This document shows positions 47,634-58,101 of a stretch of 64,000 nucleotides of DNA, piece after piece. Numbering within the stretch: the first letter of the stretch is position 1; each line of letters begins with the position of its first letter. The notes below the pieces were generated by a model. That model saw nothing but the letters and a program-made list of their open reading frames with translations. It did not search any database and was not told the DNA's origin. Position numbers and translations under genes: made by a program. Source of the DNA: Candidatus Kapaibacterium sp. (GTDB lineage Bacteria; Bacteroidota; Ignavibacteria; Kapaibacteriales; UBA4661); NCBI GenBank assembly GCA_025455065.1, contig JALONG010000011.1, forward strand, positions 27,738 to 91,737, in the 5' to 3' direction.

Positions 47634-48422
47634 ATGGAACAAATTCAAACCCTCTCCACTCTGCGCGGTCGTGCGGTGCTGCGCGATATTGTCCGCGAAC
47701 TTCGCTACGAAAAACAAGTTAGCAGTTTAACAACACTTTTGACGTGCTGGCGGCTCTGCACCTTCGAGCGCGAAATTTACCGTTACAGCCGCCGCCAAGT
47801 AACCATTATTCACAAACTCGGGCTTTTTCGCGGAACGTCGCTGTGGTTGCAAGAAGTGGTGAATCGGTTTTATTTTTCGACGATAAACTCGCTGGTCTAT
47901 CTGGGAGCGGCTATTTTGCTGGTCTTGGTGAGTGGCTATCGCTTCACCGACCGCGTTGATACTCGCTTGGTGATTGTTGGTGTGGGAATAGAAGCGCTCA
48001 TGCTGCTCATTTTATTCGTGGTGATGTTTTTTTCGCCGTCGGACGACATTGAGGAAGAAACAGGCAGAGAAACGGAAGATTCCGGTGAACTCCGCGAACT
48101 TATCACGGAAATCGGCGACATTGCGACTGACTACGCAAGTGCCGGTGCGCGGTTGGAGACCATTACCGCTTCACTGTCCGACATTACTGCCCGCCAAGAC
48201 GAACTTTTGGGCGCGGTGAACGATGCCGTCCGCGCTGTGTCCTTCGCAAGCAGCCCCCAGCCTGAGTTTATCGAAACTATGCGCCAAACAAACCACACAC
48301 TGCAAACCTTTCACCTAAACGTGCAGGCATTAGTTGAAGCGACAAACCAACTCCGCCGTGAAGAAATTCAACGTGCCGTCAGAGCAGAAGTAGAGCGGAT
48401 TTTGGAACAACGGATGCGATAA
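47634..48422 (+). CDS. Hypothetical membrane protein with two central TM helices and an acidic/coiled C-terminal region.
   Basis: ORF with hydrophobic segments (LVYLGAAILLVLVSGY, IVGVGIEALMLLILFVVMFF). No family recognised. Confidence 0.35.
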   Translation: MEQIQTLSTLRGRAVLRDIVRELRYEKQVSSLTTLLTCWRLCTFEREIYRYSRRQVTIIHKLGLFRGTSLWLQEVVNRFYFSTINSLVYLGAAILLVLVSGYRFTDRVDTRLVIVGVGIEALMLLILFVVMFFSPSDDIEEETGRETEDSGELRELITEIGDIATDYASAGARLETITASLSDITARQDELLGAVNDAVRAVSFASSPQPEFIETMRQTNHTLQTFHLNVQALVEATNQLRREEIQRAVRAEVERILEQRMR

Positions 48423-48602
48423 AATTCCACATTCTAAAAAAAAGTTCCCTGATTTCTCTCCTCTGCAAAATTTTTTTTCTCCCTGTGCGTCTCTTCCTGC
48501 GTGGGCTACTAGTCTCGTACTTGCTCGTGCTTTGGAATATTCCGGCAACAACGGGAATGATAACCACGATGTACACTTCACCACCTTTTTCCTCCACGTT
48601 GT

Positions 48603-50642
48603 ATGGCTATTCTTGCGAACCTCACCATCAAAACCAAACTCATTCTGACGTTTGTGTTGTTGAACATTGCTATTCTTGTCGTCGGTATTATCGGCTACAA
48701 TGCCTCAAATCGCGCAGGTACAAGCGCCGAGCAGATTTTTGAGCAGAATCTTCAACCGATTATTCTATCATCCAAACTGTCGGAAATGTTCCAGCGAACC
48801 CGCGTGAATATCCGCGATGTGCTTATGGCTCCGACAGCCGCAGCACGACAAGAGTTTATGAACGAAACCCAGACTATCCGCTCTGCAACGGACAGGTCTA
48901 TTGCCGAATACGAAAAAGGTCTTTCTTCCGATGAAGAGCGCAGTATTTTCACAGAGTATCGCACACACTTGCAAAATTACCGTGATTTTCGCCAGCAAGT
49001 CTATACCACAGCCAATAACGGGAATTTGACGAGTGCAATCACCAGCCTCCAAACACAAGGTCCAATGCTCGGCGCAAAGGTGACGCAAAGTCTGGAACGC
49101 TTGGTGGAATACAACAAACGCCTTGCCGACAACAAAAAAACCGACACGCAAAACCTCATTGCCCGCTCCGCTTCTATTATTCTGGCAGTTATCGCCGGAG
49201 GCTTGGTTTTATCAATACTTCTTGCATGGCTGATTATCCGCACCATCAGCAAACCCATGGAAAAGCTGATGGTGGTTAATCAACATTTGGTCAATGGCAA
49301 TTTATCGGCAATTACTATTGACATTACCAGTAAGGATGAGTTTGGAACGCTGGCAGCAGCAACAAAAGACGTTATCGGTACATTGCAATCTGTCATCGCG
49401 GAAATCAGCACTCTCACACAATCCGCCGCCCAAGGACAACTCCAAACTCGCGCCAATGCAAGCCGTTTCAAAGGAGATTACCGGGAAATTTTGAACGGTG
49501 TAAATTCCACATTAGATGCCGTCGTTACGCCTATCGCCGAAACACGCCGCATCCTCGAAACCATGTCCGAAGGCGACTTCCGCGCTCGGATGACGGGTGA
49601 GTATCGCGGAGATTATGCTGCGTTGCAAGCCACACTCAACAGCACCTTGCTTGAAATTAACACCGTTTTGAGCCAAGTTCTTTCCTCGGTGCAGCAAGTG
49701 GACGCAGGCGGAAAACAGGTCGCTGCCGCCAGCAATGCCCTTTCCAACGGCGCTACGCAGCAAGCCGCAGCGTTGGAGGAAATATCAAGTTCCATGCACG
49801 AAATTGTTTCTCAAACAAAAACCAATGCCGAAAGTGCAACGCAGGCAAACCACCTCGCAACGCAATCACAATCGGCAGCAGACAACGGCAACGCTCAAAT
49901 GCAGGAACTGATTGCAGCCATGACCGATATTAACACATCCAGCGCTAACATTGCCCGTATCATTAAAGTTATTGACGAAATCGCCTTCCAAACCAATCTT
50001 CTTGCGCTGAATGCTGCTGTGGAAGCCGCTCGAGCAGGGAGACACGGCAAAGGCTTTGCGGTTGTTGCAGAAGAAGTACGCGCATTAGCAGGTCGCAGTG
50101 CAAAAGCTGCCCGCGAGACCGCAGAAATGATTGAAAATGCCGTCAAAAAAGCAGAAAATGGTGCAATGATTGCTCAACAAACCCAAAAAGCGCTGGACGA
50201 CATTATGCTGTTCTCAACCAAAGTGCAGGATATTGTTGCAGAAATTGCAGCATCCTCTGAAGAACAAGCGCAGTCAATTACGCAGGTTAATATCGGCTTG
50301 TCGCAAATTGACAAAGTAACCCAGCAAAATACTGCTTCCGCCGAAGAATCCGCCTCCGCCGCCGAAGAACTGTCGGGGCAATCATCGGAACTCACAAGAC
50401 TTGTTTCGCGCTTCAAATTGCAAGCACCAAATGGTCATCAAACCTTGCATTCAAGCCACACTAACGGACATCACGCCAACGGGCGCGTAGCCCAAACACA
50501 CGTGCAAGAACACAACAACTTCACACCGCTTCACAAGAGCAATAGCGGTCATCATTCTCCTCCTGCTCCGGCACAAAAAATGCTTGCGCAGCAATCAAAC
50601 ACGAAGATTGCTTTGGACGACCATGAGTTTGGGCGGTATTGA
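48603..50642 (+). CDS. Methyl-accepting chemotaxis protein.
   Basis: N-terminal TM, periplasmic sensor, second TM plus HAMP. The highly conserved MCP signalling domain is [51 protein letters not shown]. Confidence 0.85.
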   Translation: MAILANLTIKTKLILTFVLLNIAILVVGIIGYNASNRAGTSAEQIFEQNLQPIILSSKLSEMFQRTRVNIRDVLMAPTAAARQEFMNETQTIRSATDRSIAEYEKGLSSDEERSIFTEYRTHLQNYRDFRQQVYTTANNGNLTSAITSLQTQGPMLGAKVTQSLERLVEYNKRLADNKKTDTQNLIARSASIILAVIAGGLVLSILLAWLIIRTISKPMEKLMVVNQHLVNGNLSAITIDITSKDEFGTLAAATKDVIGTLQSVIAEISTLTQSAAQGQLQTRANASRFKGDYREILNGVNSTLDAVVTPIAETRRILETMSEGDFRARMTGEYRGDYAALQATLNSTLLEINTVLSQVLSSVQQVDAGGKQVAAASNALSNGATQQAAALEEISSSMHEIVSQTKTNAESATQANHLATQSQSAADNGNAQMQELIAAMTDINTSSANIARIIKVIDEIAFQTNLLALNAAVEAARAGRHGKGFAVVAEEVRALAGRSAKAARETAEMIENAVKKAENGAMIAQQTQKALDDIMLFSTKVQDIVAEIAASSEEQAQSITQVNIGLSQIDKVTQQNTASAEESASAAEELSGQSSELTRLVSRFKLQAPNGHQTLHSSHTNGHHANGRVAQTHVQEHNNFTPLHKSNSGHHSPPAPAQKMLAQQSNTKIALDDHEFGRY

Positions 50643-50702
50643 AACATCCTCAACGGATATTGAAAGAATGTCGAGACGAGAGCATAAAAACTCTTCACAA
50701 TC

Positions 50703-50740
50703 AAAAAAGCCGCTTGAACACAAGGTTCAGCGGCTTTTTT
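50703..50740. terminator. Bidirectional intrinsic terminator between the convergent MCP and T9SS cargo genes.
   Basis: AAAAAAGCCGCTTGAAC-ACAA-GGTTCAGCGGCTTTTTT. The hairpin has one bulge and is flanked by an A-run and a T-run. Confidence 0.55.
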
Positions 50741-50771
50741 GGTGTTGATTTCATGCGGTAAATTGACTGCG

Positions 50772-53700
50772 TTACTTCCGCACAACCATCTTCTGACGAA
50801 AGACCTCGCGCGGCGTATAAAGTACGCACCAATACACGCCCGAAGCAAGGTTTTTCGCTTGAAACTCCAGTGAATATGCGCCTTTTGCTTTTGTGCCGCT
50901 CACAAGCTCCGTAATCGGCTTGCCCAGAGCGTCCGTAATTTCTATGCGCACGGGCATTTCCACGCCGAGTTCGTATTCTATGCGCGTCACATCGCTAAAC
51001 GGATTCGGAACATTTGCCAGAAGCCGCGTTTGTCCAAATGTTTCGACGGAATTCTGTTGAGCAGAAGAAGTCTGCAAAACCGCGTTATTACTTGCTTCCG
51101 CATTGGTCATCGTGCTGCCGCCCGGGCGGGCGCGTCCGGTGGTGAACGTCCAAATTTCCGACCAACCGCCGTTCATTAAGCCAAACCGCGCCCTGACACG
51201 CCAGAAATACTGCCTGTTCACGCCAAAGTCTGTTACAAACCACGTTGTATCAGTGAGTTGGTCATTGTTCAAATAAATCAAATCGAAGAGCGAATCGTTG
51301 GCAATCTGCACCTGATACAGAAATGCTCCCGGTACACGCGACCACACAAAACGATTTCCAAAAGGCGACAAACCTGTGGTCAAGTTTGAGGGCGCAATCA
51401 AAAAGGGAATTGTTGGAATCGCCGGTGGCGGAGGCGGTGCAATAACATCAATATCTAAAAACCGCACAATCGAAGAAAATCCGTTGGAAATTGTTACGGT
51501 GATTCGCGCTCTTCCCGTGCGACCATCTACGGGCGTAGCAATGATGCGGTATTGATTCCCGCCCAAATCCACAACCCGTACGTTGCCAACAGGCACAAGT
51601 GCTTCATTGGAACTTTGAATGGAGAAGGTTATCGGGAAGCCGCTTCCGTCCTCAACGCGAATGGTCGAGGAGGTTTCTCTGCCGCGCTCGGTTGTGAGGC
51701 TTGACGGAGCAAATTCCCCGCCAACAGGCGGCGGAATCACGGTCAGGCGGAAACTTGTGTTTGCGCTTAACCCTTGCGAATTTGTTACTGTCAACGTTAT
51801 GTCACTTGTGCCGGATTGATTGAGCGACGGAGCAAGGTTTAATGCCCTCGTTGTGCCGCTTCCCAGCACTTGCATACGGCTCACCGGCTGCAAAGTCTGG
51901 TTGGTGGATTCAAAGGAAAACCGCACTTGATTCACGTCCAAATGGTCGGTCACCGTGAAATTGCGCGTTGCCGATTGATTCTGCCCAATGGTGATATTTC
52001 CTATCGGCGAAATTGTCGGCGGCAATAACGGCGGTACGACTGTTACGGTAAAATCAAGCGTTGCAACTTGTCCTTGCTGATTCACGCCCGTAATCGTAAT
52101 TGTCGAAACGCCAAGTTGGTTAAACGCCGGACTCATCGTAATGGTGCGCAACGTTCCCGCGCCGGACAAAAAGAGGTTGCTATTCGGAAACAGCGCTTGA
52201 TTGGACGAAACCGCCGAAAGTTGCAGTGTTGCCAAATTTTCATCACTCGCCACAAACTGCATGGAAATAGGCGTGTTGCGGAATGTCGTCAAATTGACCA
52301 CCGCTCGAAGCGTTGGTGCTGCCGGAGGAGGAACGACCGTGGCAAGAAAACTTGTCTGCACCGACAAACCAAAGGAATTTGTTACCGTCAGCGTAATGAG
52401 CGAACTACCCACTTGATTTGGTGCGGGTGTCAGCGATATAATACGCTGTGTTCCGGAGCCGCTCACGATGATATTGCTCACCGGAAAAACGCTCGGATTC
52501 GAGGATGCAACCGAAAAGCGCAAACTCGTAATATCGGCATCACCAACAGTGAACATCGTCGAAACGGGTACATTTCGTGCGGTTGTTACGCTGCCAATCG
52601 CTCCAAGGCTGGGCGGAGTCTGATTTTGAAAAACGGTCACGGGAAAACTTATAGTCGTGGAAAGCCCGCGAATGTTCGTTACGGTCATAGTGATTATTGC
52701 CGTGCCGATTTGATTCGGTGCAGGCGTTATCGTTACCGTGCGCCCTTGCAGTCCTTGTGCTGTAACGCTGATGTTTGATGTCGGGATTAAGCCCGGATTC
52801 GAGGATGAAAACTGAAATGTGAGCGTACTTGCATCCAAATCTTCCACCGTAAAACTTTGACGAACAGGCGTATTGACAGGCGTTGTAAGCGCAGGTATCT
52901 GCCCCACGCGAGGCGGTGCCACAAAAATTGTCCGCAAAACACCGAAGGCAGCGAGGTTGTTTTGATTCCGCACACCGATATTGAGCGTTACTTCACCAAA
53001 ACGGTTCTGAAGCGGCGTAACAGTGAGCGTTCTGTTTACACCGGAACCTGTAATCACGATACCGGAATTCGCCAAAATATCAGGATTTGCCGACGACGGC
53101 GTGATAGTAACAGTATTCGGGTTCGCGTCAATAATCCGAAACGGTACGGTAAAGAGCGTATTTTGGGGCAAAATCGTATCGCGCAAGCCCTCCACCACAG
53201 GCGGGTCGCCGGGCAGAACAGAATACAGCGAAAATGCGGTCGAAGCGCTTAATCCCGAAGCATTCGTAGCGCGAAGCTGCACCACGACGCGCCCACGCTG
53301 CCCCGCATTGGGGCGAAGCGTAATTTGCCGCGATGACCCCGTTCCGCTTAGTGTTATCGCGGATGCAGGCAAAATCTCCGGTGTGGAACTGAACGCAAAC
53401 ACTGTTACGTTTTGCGCACCCGCAGCGTCCAAGACTGTAAAGAGTGCTGAAACAGGTGTTCCTGCGGCAGTCGCTAAATCAGGAAGGTTTGTTATTGTCG
53501 GAGCTTGTGCCGGAGCGGGTTGCGTAATGGTCAGCGTAAAGGATGTGCGCGACGAAAAACCGCTTTGATTGGTCGCAAAAACGGTAATAACAACACTGCC
53601 CAAAAAGTTAATACTGGGCGTAACCGTGAGTGTCCGCGAAGTGCCGAAGCCACCGAACACCAAGCCGCTTTGTGGTACAATCGCCGCATTATCCGAACTC

Positions 53701-54173
53701 GCCGACACGGTAACGGTGCCGGGGCTTGCGTCGGTAATCGTAAAAGGAATCGTAATCGGCGTTCCTGCCGGTGTGCTTGTGGGTGAAATAGGGCTGATAA
53801 CAGGGCTGAAATTTGCCCCGCCCACCGTTATACGAAATGTCATCAGCGTATTTTGTCCCATCGCATTAGTCGCCACAATCGAAATTTGCGTTGTTCCGCT
53901 TTGTCCTGAAGTCGGCGTAATCGTGATTTGACGCAGTGCGCCGCTTTGCGAAATAACGATATTGTTATCGGCAATAAGCGAAGGATTGTCTGACAAACCC
54001 AGAACGGAAACCGTGTTGGGGTTTACATCGAACACCGAAACCGACACCGAAAGCGGCGTATTGAGCGGAGTTGTCTGGTCGGAAATTTGCGAAAGCCCTA
54101 ATTGTTGGGCAGAAAGCCGCCCCAGTGCAAAAAACATCAGTACACTCCACACCAGCGCAAGCAATAACGCCAT
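50772..54173 (-). CDS. Large cell-surface protein made of many Ig-like (BIG/cadherin-like) repeats, ending in a type-A T9SS C-terminal sorting domain.
   Basis: About 12 repeats of roughly 95 aa with recurring ...TVTP..N..G...IT..VTN..GLS....F..TV motifs. The C-terminus NVPNPFSDVTRIEYEL...ASGVYWCVLYTPREVFRQKMVVRK is a classic T9SS CTD. The signal-peptide start MALLLALVWSVLMFFALGRLSAQQ is at 54173; the track TTG start is at 54419. Confidence 0.7.
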   Translation of the reverse strand: MALLLALVWSVLMFFALGRLSAQQLGLSQISDQTTPLNTPLSVSVSVFDVNPNTVSVLGLSDNPSLIADNNIVISQSGALRQITITPTSGQSGTTQISIVATNAMGQNTLMTFRITVGGANFSPVISPISPTSTPAGTPITIPFTITDASPGTVTVSASSDNAAIVPQSGLVFGGFGTSRTLTVTPSINFLGSVVITVFATNQSGFSSRTSFTLTITQPAPAQAPTITNLPDLATAAGTPVSALFTVLDAAGAQNVTVFAFSSTPEILPASAITLSGTGSSRQITLRPNAGQRGRVVVQLRATNASGLSASTAFSLYSVLPGDPPVVEGLRDTILPQNTLFTVPFRIIDANPNTVTITPSSANPDILANSGIVITGSGVNRTLTVTPLQNRFGEVTLNIGVRNQNNLAAFGVLRTIFVAPPRVGQIPALTTPVNTPVRQSFTVEDLDASTLTFQFSSSNPGLIPTSNISVTAQGLQGRTVTITPAPNQIGTAIITMTVTNIRGLSTTISFPVTVFQNQTPPSLGAIGSVTTARNVPVSTMFTVGDADITSLRFSVASSNPSVFPVSNIIVSGSGTQRIISLTPAPNQVGSSLITLTVTNSFGLSVQTSFLATVVPPPAAPTLRAVVNLTTFRNTPISMQFVASDENLATLQLSAVSSNQALFPNSNLFLSGAGTLRTITMSPAFNQLGVSTITITGVNQQGQVATLDFTVTVVPPLLPPTISPIGNITIGQNQSATRNFTVTDHLDVNQVRFSFESTNQTLQPVSRMQVLGSGTTRALNLAPSLNQSGTSDITLTVTNSQGLSANTSFRLTVIPPPVGGEFAPSSLTTERGRETSSTIRVEDGSGFPITFSIQSSNEALVPVGNVRVVDLGGNQYRIIATPVDGRTGRARITVTISNGFSSIVRFLDIDVIAPPPPPAIPTIPFLIAPSNLTTGLSPFGNRFVWSRVPGAFLYQVQIANDSLFDLIYLNNDQLTDTTWFVTDFGVNRQYFWRVRARFGLMNGGWSEIWTFTTGRARPGGSTMTNAEASNNAVLQTSSAQQNSVETFGQTRLLANVPNPFSDVTRIEYELGVEMPVRIEITDALGKPITELVSGTKAKGAYSLEFQAKNLASGVYWCVLYTPREVFRQKMVVRK

Positions 54174-54521
54174 TCGGACAAGTTGCGCATTTCCCTTTGC
54201 ATCTCGCAGCAAAGTGGCTTCTCGGCGCGAAGGAGGAATACCGGAAGACGCTTGCAACGAGGGTTGAATGCGGGTTTCCGGCAGAGAGTCCTGCGCCGAC
54301 GAAAAAAATTGTTGTGAATATGGTCGCATAGTACGTAATCCTGAAAAATAGAACGAATGAAGGACAATAGCCTCTTTGCTGCTCAGGCTTGCCAAAACGG
54401 GCAAAAGGAACGCCGTCAAACCTTATGTTTACGACATTCCTCCCCCGTATTCATACTTTTTTGCTGAAAGTGGTTGTGCAATTCCAACGATTCATCAAAA
54501 CGATGGGTTAGAAACGATGCG

Positions 54522-56186
54522 TTAGAAGCGGAAATTAGCGGAAACAAAGCCAAATGTAGGCTGTCCGCTACCGATATTACCCAAACCCTGCCGTAAAATG
54601 CGCGTGTCGGTCGTAACGTCTAATGTGAAATTACCAAAGACCAAACCAAAGCCTAACGAAACGCCTTCCGAAAGTGCGTAGCCGAAATACGAGGGGAACA
54701 CCACATCATTGCTTCGAGCTGTGGAACTGTATCCGGCATATCCGGCGCGAAGGCGTAGCCAATCAATCACAGAATACTCAACACCGATATTCCAACGCGG
54801 CAAAATCAGTTCCGAAGAAACGAATGACGCGCCCGGGACGCTCTGACTTGGCGGATTACCGCCGCTATTGCTCGAAAGGCTGATACCACCAACAAAGAAC
54901 AACGGTCCAACAACGTAATTGAAGCCAATTCCGGCATCAATGCCTGTTATGTTGCCATAGAAGGGTGAGCCGCTCTGAAGGGTATAAAGATTTGCCATCG
55001 GGATAATGGTGAACTGCTTGGAAATCCGCGAAATGTAGCGGGCGTTCAAAGCAAGAATGGTATTGCTGAAGCCAAGTGTTCCGTTAGTTGAACCCGGAAT
55101 CGGTAGCACAACTCGCGGCAGAAGCAATGTTGCCGACAAATCCAGCATAGATACTTGATTGGTCGTAATCAACACTCCGGCATTGAAGCCAATTTGCGTG
55201 ATGTTCGCCGCAGGTTGTGGTCTTGGTCCGACAGCAAGAGGCGCGAGTGAGGTCGTTGTGAACGATACGCCCGCACCCATAACAACACCGCCACCTTGTC
55301 CGCCACCTTTGCCGTCTCCGGTGTTGTAGGTTACTTGCAGTTGCCCGTTATTCCGTGCGCGGAGCTGGTTAAAGCCGGGAAGCGGTGCGGGACCGCCCGG
55401 ATACTGACTTGCCAAGCCCAAAACGCTGTTCAGCGCAATCGTATTGACCGCATCGGTATTGACTGCCCCAATGCCGGGAAAGGATTCAAACGAAACCATA
55501 CCGCCAACGGTTACACGCGGACTGACATCGAAAATAGCACCGATAAACGGACCGCCGAAATTGCTCAAGGGCTGAGAATTTGCTCCGGCTACTGAGCCTG
55601 CATTCACAAAAATGGCATTGCGAAAACGGTCTGCATATGCGGGGTTGATGGTAAGCGAATACGAATCCACAATAAACGGATTTGCCGCGTAGGTGCGAAT
55701 GTCGCCCCCCATACCGAAACCACCACCACCCAATGCCGCATGGCGAGCCAGAGAACCGACTTGAAGCGGATGCTCAATAGAAGCCAGCGTACTAATACAA
55801 AGCGTACAGTAATCTATTGGGGGCTGTGTCGGGCGAGCAACCACAGGACGTGGCGCTTGAGTTTGCACCGGACGTGCAGCAGTGCCTGTGCGAGGCGCAC
55901 CGGGGCGGGTCGCTCCGGCAGGACGCGCTTGTGTCGTACTGACACGCGGCGTTGTTTGAGGCGGGTCGTTGGCGATTGCGGCGGGTTGCTGCTGCGTTGT
56001 TGCCGGGCGTGCTGCCGCTCCGCCACCTGCGGGACGTGCCGCAGTGCCGCCTGCGGGACGTGCCGCATTAGTTCTGGTTGCCGCGCCGCCACGATTATTG
56101 GTTGGAGGTCGGCGTGTTGCTTGGCTCCAAACCGTGTATGACGCAAGGCAGAGTAGCGCCACACAGAAAAAGACTGAACGTTTCAT
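54522..56186 (-). CDS. Predicted outer-membrane beta-barrel protein with an N-terminal Pro/Ala/Thr-rich low-complexity region.
   Basis: Signal peptide MKRSVFFCVALLCLASYTVWSQ, then a RPAGG/AARPA-rich linker of about 120 aa. The C-terminal ~400 aa has alternating hydrophobic, Gly/Ser/Asn-rich beta-strand patterns and ends in aromatic ...SANFRF. Confidence 0.45.
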   Translation of the reverse strand: MKRSVFFCVALLCLASYTVWSQATRRPPTNNRGGAATRTNAARPAGGTAARPAGGGAAARPATTQQQPAAIANDPPQTTPRVSTTQARPAGATRPGAPRTGTAARPVQTQAPRPVVARPTQPPIDYCTLCISTLASIEHPLQVGSLARHAALGGGGFGMGGDIRTYAANPFIVDSYSLTINPAYADRFRNAIFVNAGSVAGANSQPLSNFGGPFIGAIFDVSPRVTVGGMVSFESFPGIGAVNTDAVNTIALNSVLGLASQYPGGPAPLPGFNQLRARNNGQLQVTYNTGDGKGGGQGGGVVMGAGVSFTTTSLAPLAVGPRPQPAANITQIGFNAGVLITTNQVSMLDLSATLLLPRVVLPIPGSTNGTLGFSNTILALNARYISRISKQFTIIPMANLYTLQSGSPFYGNITGIDAGIGFNYVVGPLFFVGGISLSSNSGGNPPSQSVPGASFVSSELILPRWNIGVEYSVIDWLRLRAGYAGYSSTARSNDVVFPSYFGYALSEGVSLGFGLVFGNFTLDVTTDTRILRQGLGNIGSGQPTFGFVSANFRF

Positions 56187-56210
56187 ACCTGCGTCTCCGA
56201 GGAATTTTTG

Positions 56211-56282
56211 ATTAGTTACTTGGTTGCGTTGTTTGAGTCGTTGGTCGTTGGTCATTAGTCGTTGGGCGTTAGTCATTTGTCA
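56211..56282. repeat. Intergenic copy of the TTGGTCATTAG / TCGTTGGGCGTTAGTC short-repeat family.
   Basis: GTTGGTCGTTGGTCATTAGTCGTTGGGCGTTAGTCATTTG aligns with GGGTCATTCGTCATTGGGCGTAAGTG at 2905-2930. Confidence 0.65.
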
Positions 56283-56344
56283 GCACGTAATAGCGCTTCC
56301 AAGCACCCATCAACTAAAACCTATGACCTAGAACCTAATACTTC

Positions 56345-57604
56345 TCACTGCTGCTCTTCCGCAGGCTGTTCTTCGCCTGCTTGAGCGCCTTGTTGGGTTT
56401 GTGAGATGATATTGGTGTCGGGTAGAATGTTAAATACGTTATTCAATTCGTCATCGCTGAAGAAATTATCGTCAATATCAAGGTCGCGCAAACGCTTGAG
56501 TTTGCCGATTTCAAGCGGAAGATTTGCCAAAGAATTGGTGCGCAGATATATGGTGCGCAAATTCGTTGCCAAGCCCAAGGCAGCAGGAATCTGGGTCAGA
56601 CGGTTTTCGCTGGCATCCAAAAACTCCAACTTTGTGAGTTTACCGATTTCCGGCGGAAGTTTTTTCAGAAGATTCGTTGCCAAATTCAGTTGCTTCAGGT
56701 TTTGCAACCGTGAAAGTTCCGGCGGAAGCAAATCTATTTGATTAACGCTTGCATTGAGAATTTGCAGTTTTGTCAAATTGCCGATTTCACGAGGAAGTTC
56801 GGAAAGCTGATTCTGACTGATGTTCAGGTATTGCAGATTGCGAAAGCGTCCGATTTCCGGTGGAAGTTTTTTCATACCGTTATTCTGCAAGTCAAGTTTG
56901 ACAACGGCATCGGGATTTTTCAAGCCTTCTTCAATGGAAGTAACGCCCTGCATATTTTCCAGCGCATCTTCGTCCAACATTCCGACGGGCGAAGTATTAA
57001 AAGCGCTGTTATAGGGACCGTTCAACCGCGCATCGTTCATGCGGTCAAGGCTTGAGCCTACGGGCGCTTCGCCGCGCAGCATGGCAATTTCCTCGCGGAG
57101 TGCGTCGTTTTCGCTTTTGAGTAAATCCACTTGATTGCGCAAAACTTCAACTTCCTGCGCAAGCAACGATTCATTCGCCCCTGCCGAAAAACCGCTTACA
57201 TCCATCATTTGCGCTTGTTCGATTTCGCGTTCAATAGCAAACTGGCTGCCGTCGGGCATTTTGATAATATTGTCATACATTCGCCGAGCAGTCAGCAAAT
57301 TCGACACGGCGCGGTCTTTGTCGCGTAAATCCTTATAGACAAGACCAATCATCTCGTGTGCGGCGGCTTGCCAATAGCGGCTTTTGGTCTGCTTTGCCAA
57401 ACTCAGACCTTTATTCAAAAAATACAAGGCGTTTTCAGCGTCGCCACCTTCGCGGTACGACATTCCCAGCTTGATAAACCGGGCGCTGAGGTCTTTGGAG
57501 CTTTGCTTGCGCTGCGCAAAGCCGTCGTAATGAATCGTCATTACGAGCGACCCCGCCACCAGCGCGGCGCTGCTCACGAACCGGAGAAAGCGTGCGTACA
57601 TCAT
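56345..57604 (-). CDS. TPR / coiled-coil / leucine-rich-repeat (LRR) protein with an N-terminal signal-anchor.
   Basis: N-terminal hydrophobic segment, TPR-like helices, and a coiled coil (EVEVLRNQVDLLKSENDALREEIAMLRGE). There are 6-7 canonical LRRs: LxxLxxLxLxxNxLxxLPxEIGxL. Confidence 0.7.
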   Translation of the reverse strand: MMYARFLRFVSSAALVAGSLVMTIHYDGFAQRKQSSKDLSARFIKLGMSYREGGDAENALYFLNKGLSLAKQTKSRYWQAAAHEMIGLVYKDLRDKDRAVSNLLTARRMYDNIIKMPDGSQFAIEREIEQAQMMDVSGFSAGANESLLAQEVEVLRNQVDLLKSENDALREEIAMLRGEAPVGSSLDRMNDARLNGPYNSAFNTSPVGMLDEDALENMQGVTSIEEGLKNPDAVVKLDLQNNGMKKLPPEIGRFRNLQYLNISQNQLSELPREIGNLTKLQILNASVNQIDLLPPELSRLQNLKQLNLATNLLKKLPPEIGKLTKLEFLDASENRLTQIPAALGLATNLRTIYLRTNSLANLPLEIGKLKRLRDLDIDDNFFSDDELNNVFNILPDTNIISQTQQGAQAGEEQPAEEQQ

Positions 57605-58040
57605 AGCGTCTCCATTATGGATACAATGAATGAAACTGTTGTTGATATTTGACTTAATGTTACAAAAAGCATATTACATAGCAAGAGTTTTCCACAATCG
57701 CAGTAATGATGCGGCGTACAAGACTTTTTTTGAGGGCTGGTAAGGGACAATCTATCGCTTTTCCGCTTATGCAGCATACCATCGTCGTTGTCGTTCTCAT
57801 TATGAGTTCACCAAACGACACATCGGTTTATTGTTCCAAAATGATGCTCAGTATTAGGCGCAGCATTTCAATTCCACACCGCACATCAAGAAGCATAAAC
57901 CTCTTCTTCCCCGCATCAAACCTACCTTCATGCGGTATCATTCTTGCGGATTGAATGAGTGCTTTTTCACCTCAGATATGATTATTCAATTAGCGTGCCA
58001 AAAAATACACAACTCTTGTACTTTTTTCCGTATCAGCACA

Positions 58041-58080
58041 AAAAAAAGCCGCTCCACAAGGCACAAAACCTTGCGGAGCG
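58041..58080 (-). terminator. Intrinsic terminator for the giant LRR gene on the minus strand.
   Basis: On the minus strand, CGCTCCGCAAGG-TTTTGTG-CCTTGTGGAGCG is followed by TTTTTTTT. It lies 22 nt downstream of the stop at 58102. Confidence 0.5.
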
Positions 58081-58101
58081 TCTTGTTTGTTTGGTTCAAC
58101 C

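Noticed and set aside
51619-53931. Numerous plus-strand ORFs (52068-52778, 52857-53252, 53023-53568, 53569-53931 and others) inside the Ig-repeat gene.
   Set aside because: They are antisense or off-frame products of a repetitive, GC-skewed coding region. The minus-strand frame shows a coherent repeated domain architecture plus a T9SS C-terminal domain.
57605-58040. 436-bp intergenic region upstream of the TPR/LRR gene. It was considered for a small RNA or small ORFs (57706-57954, 57930-58349).
   Set aside because: It contains only weak 6-bp hairpins. The ORFs have no motifs and overlap the terminator and the 3' end of the giant gene. The region is most simply a promoter/regulatory spacer.
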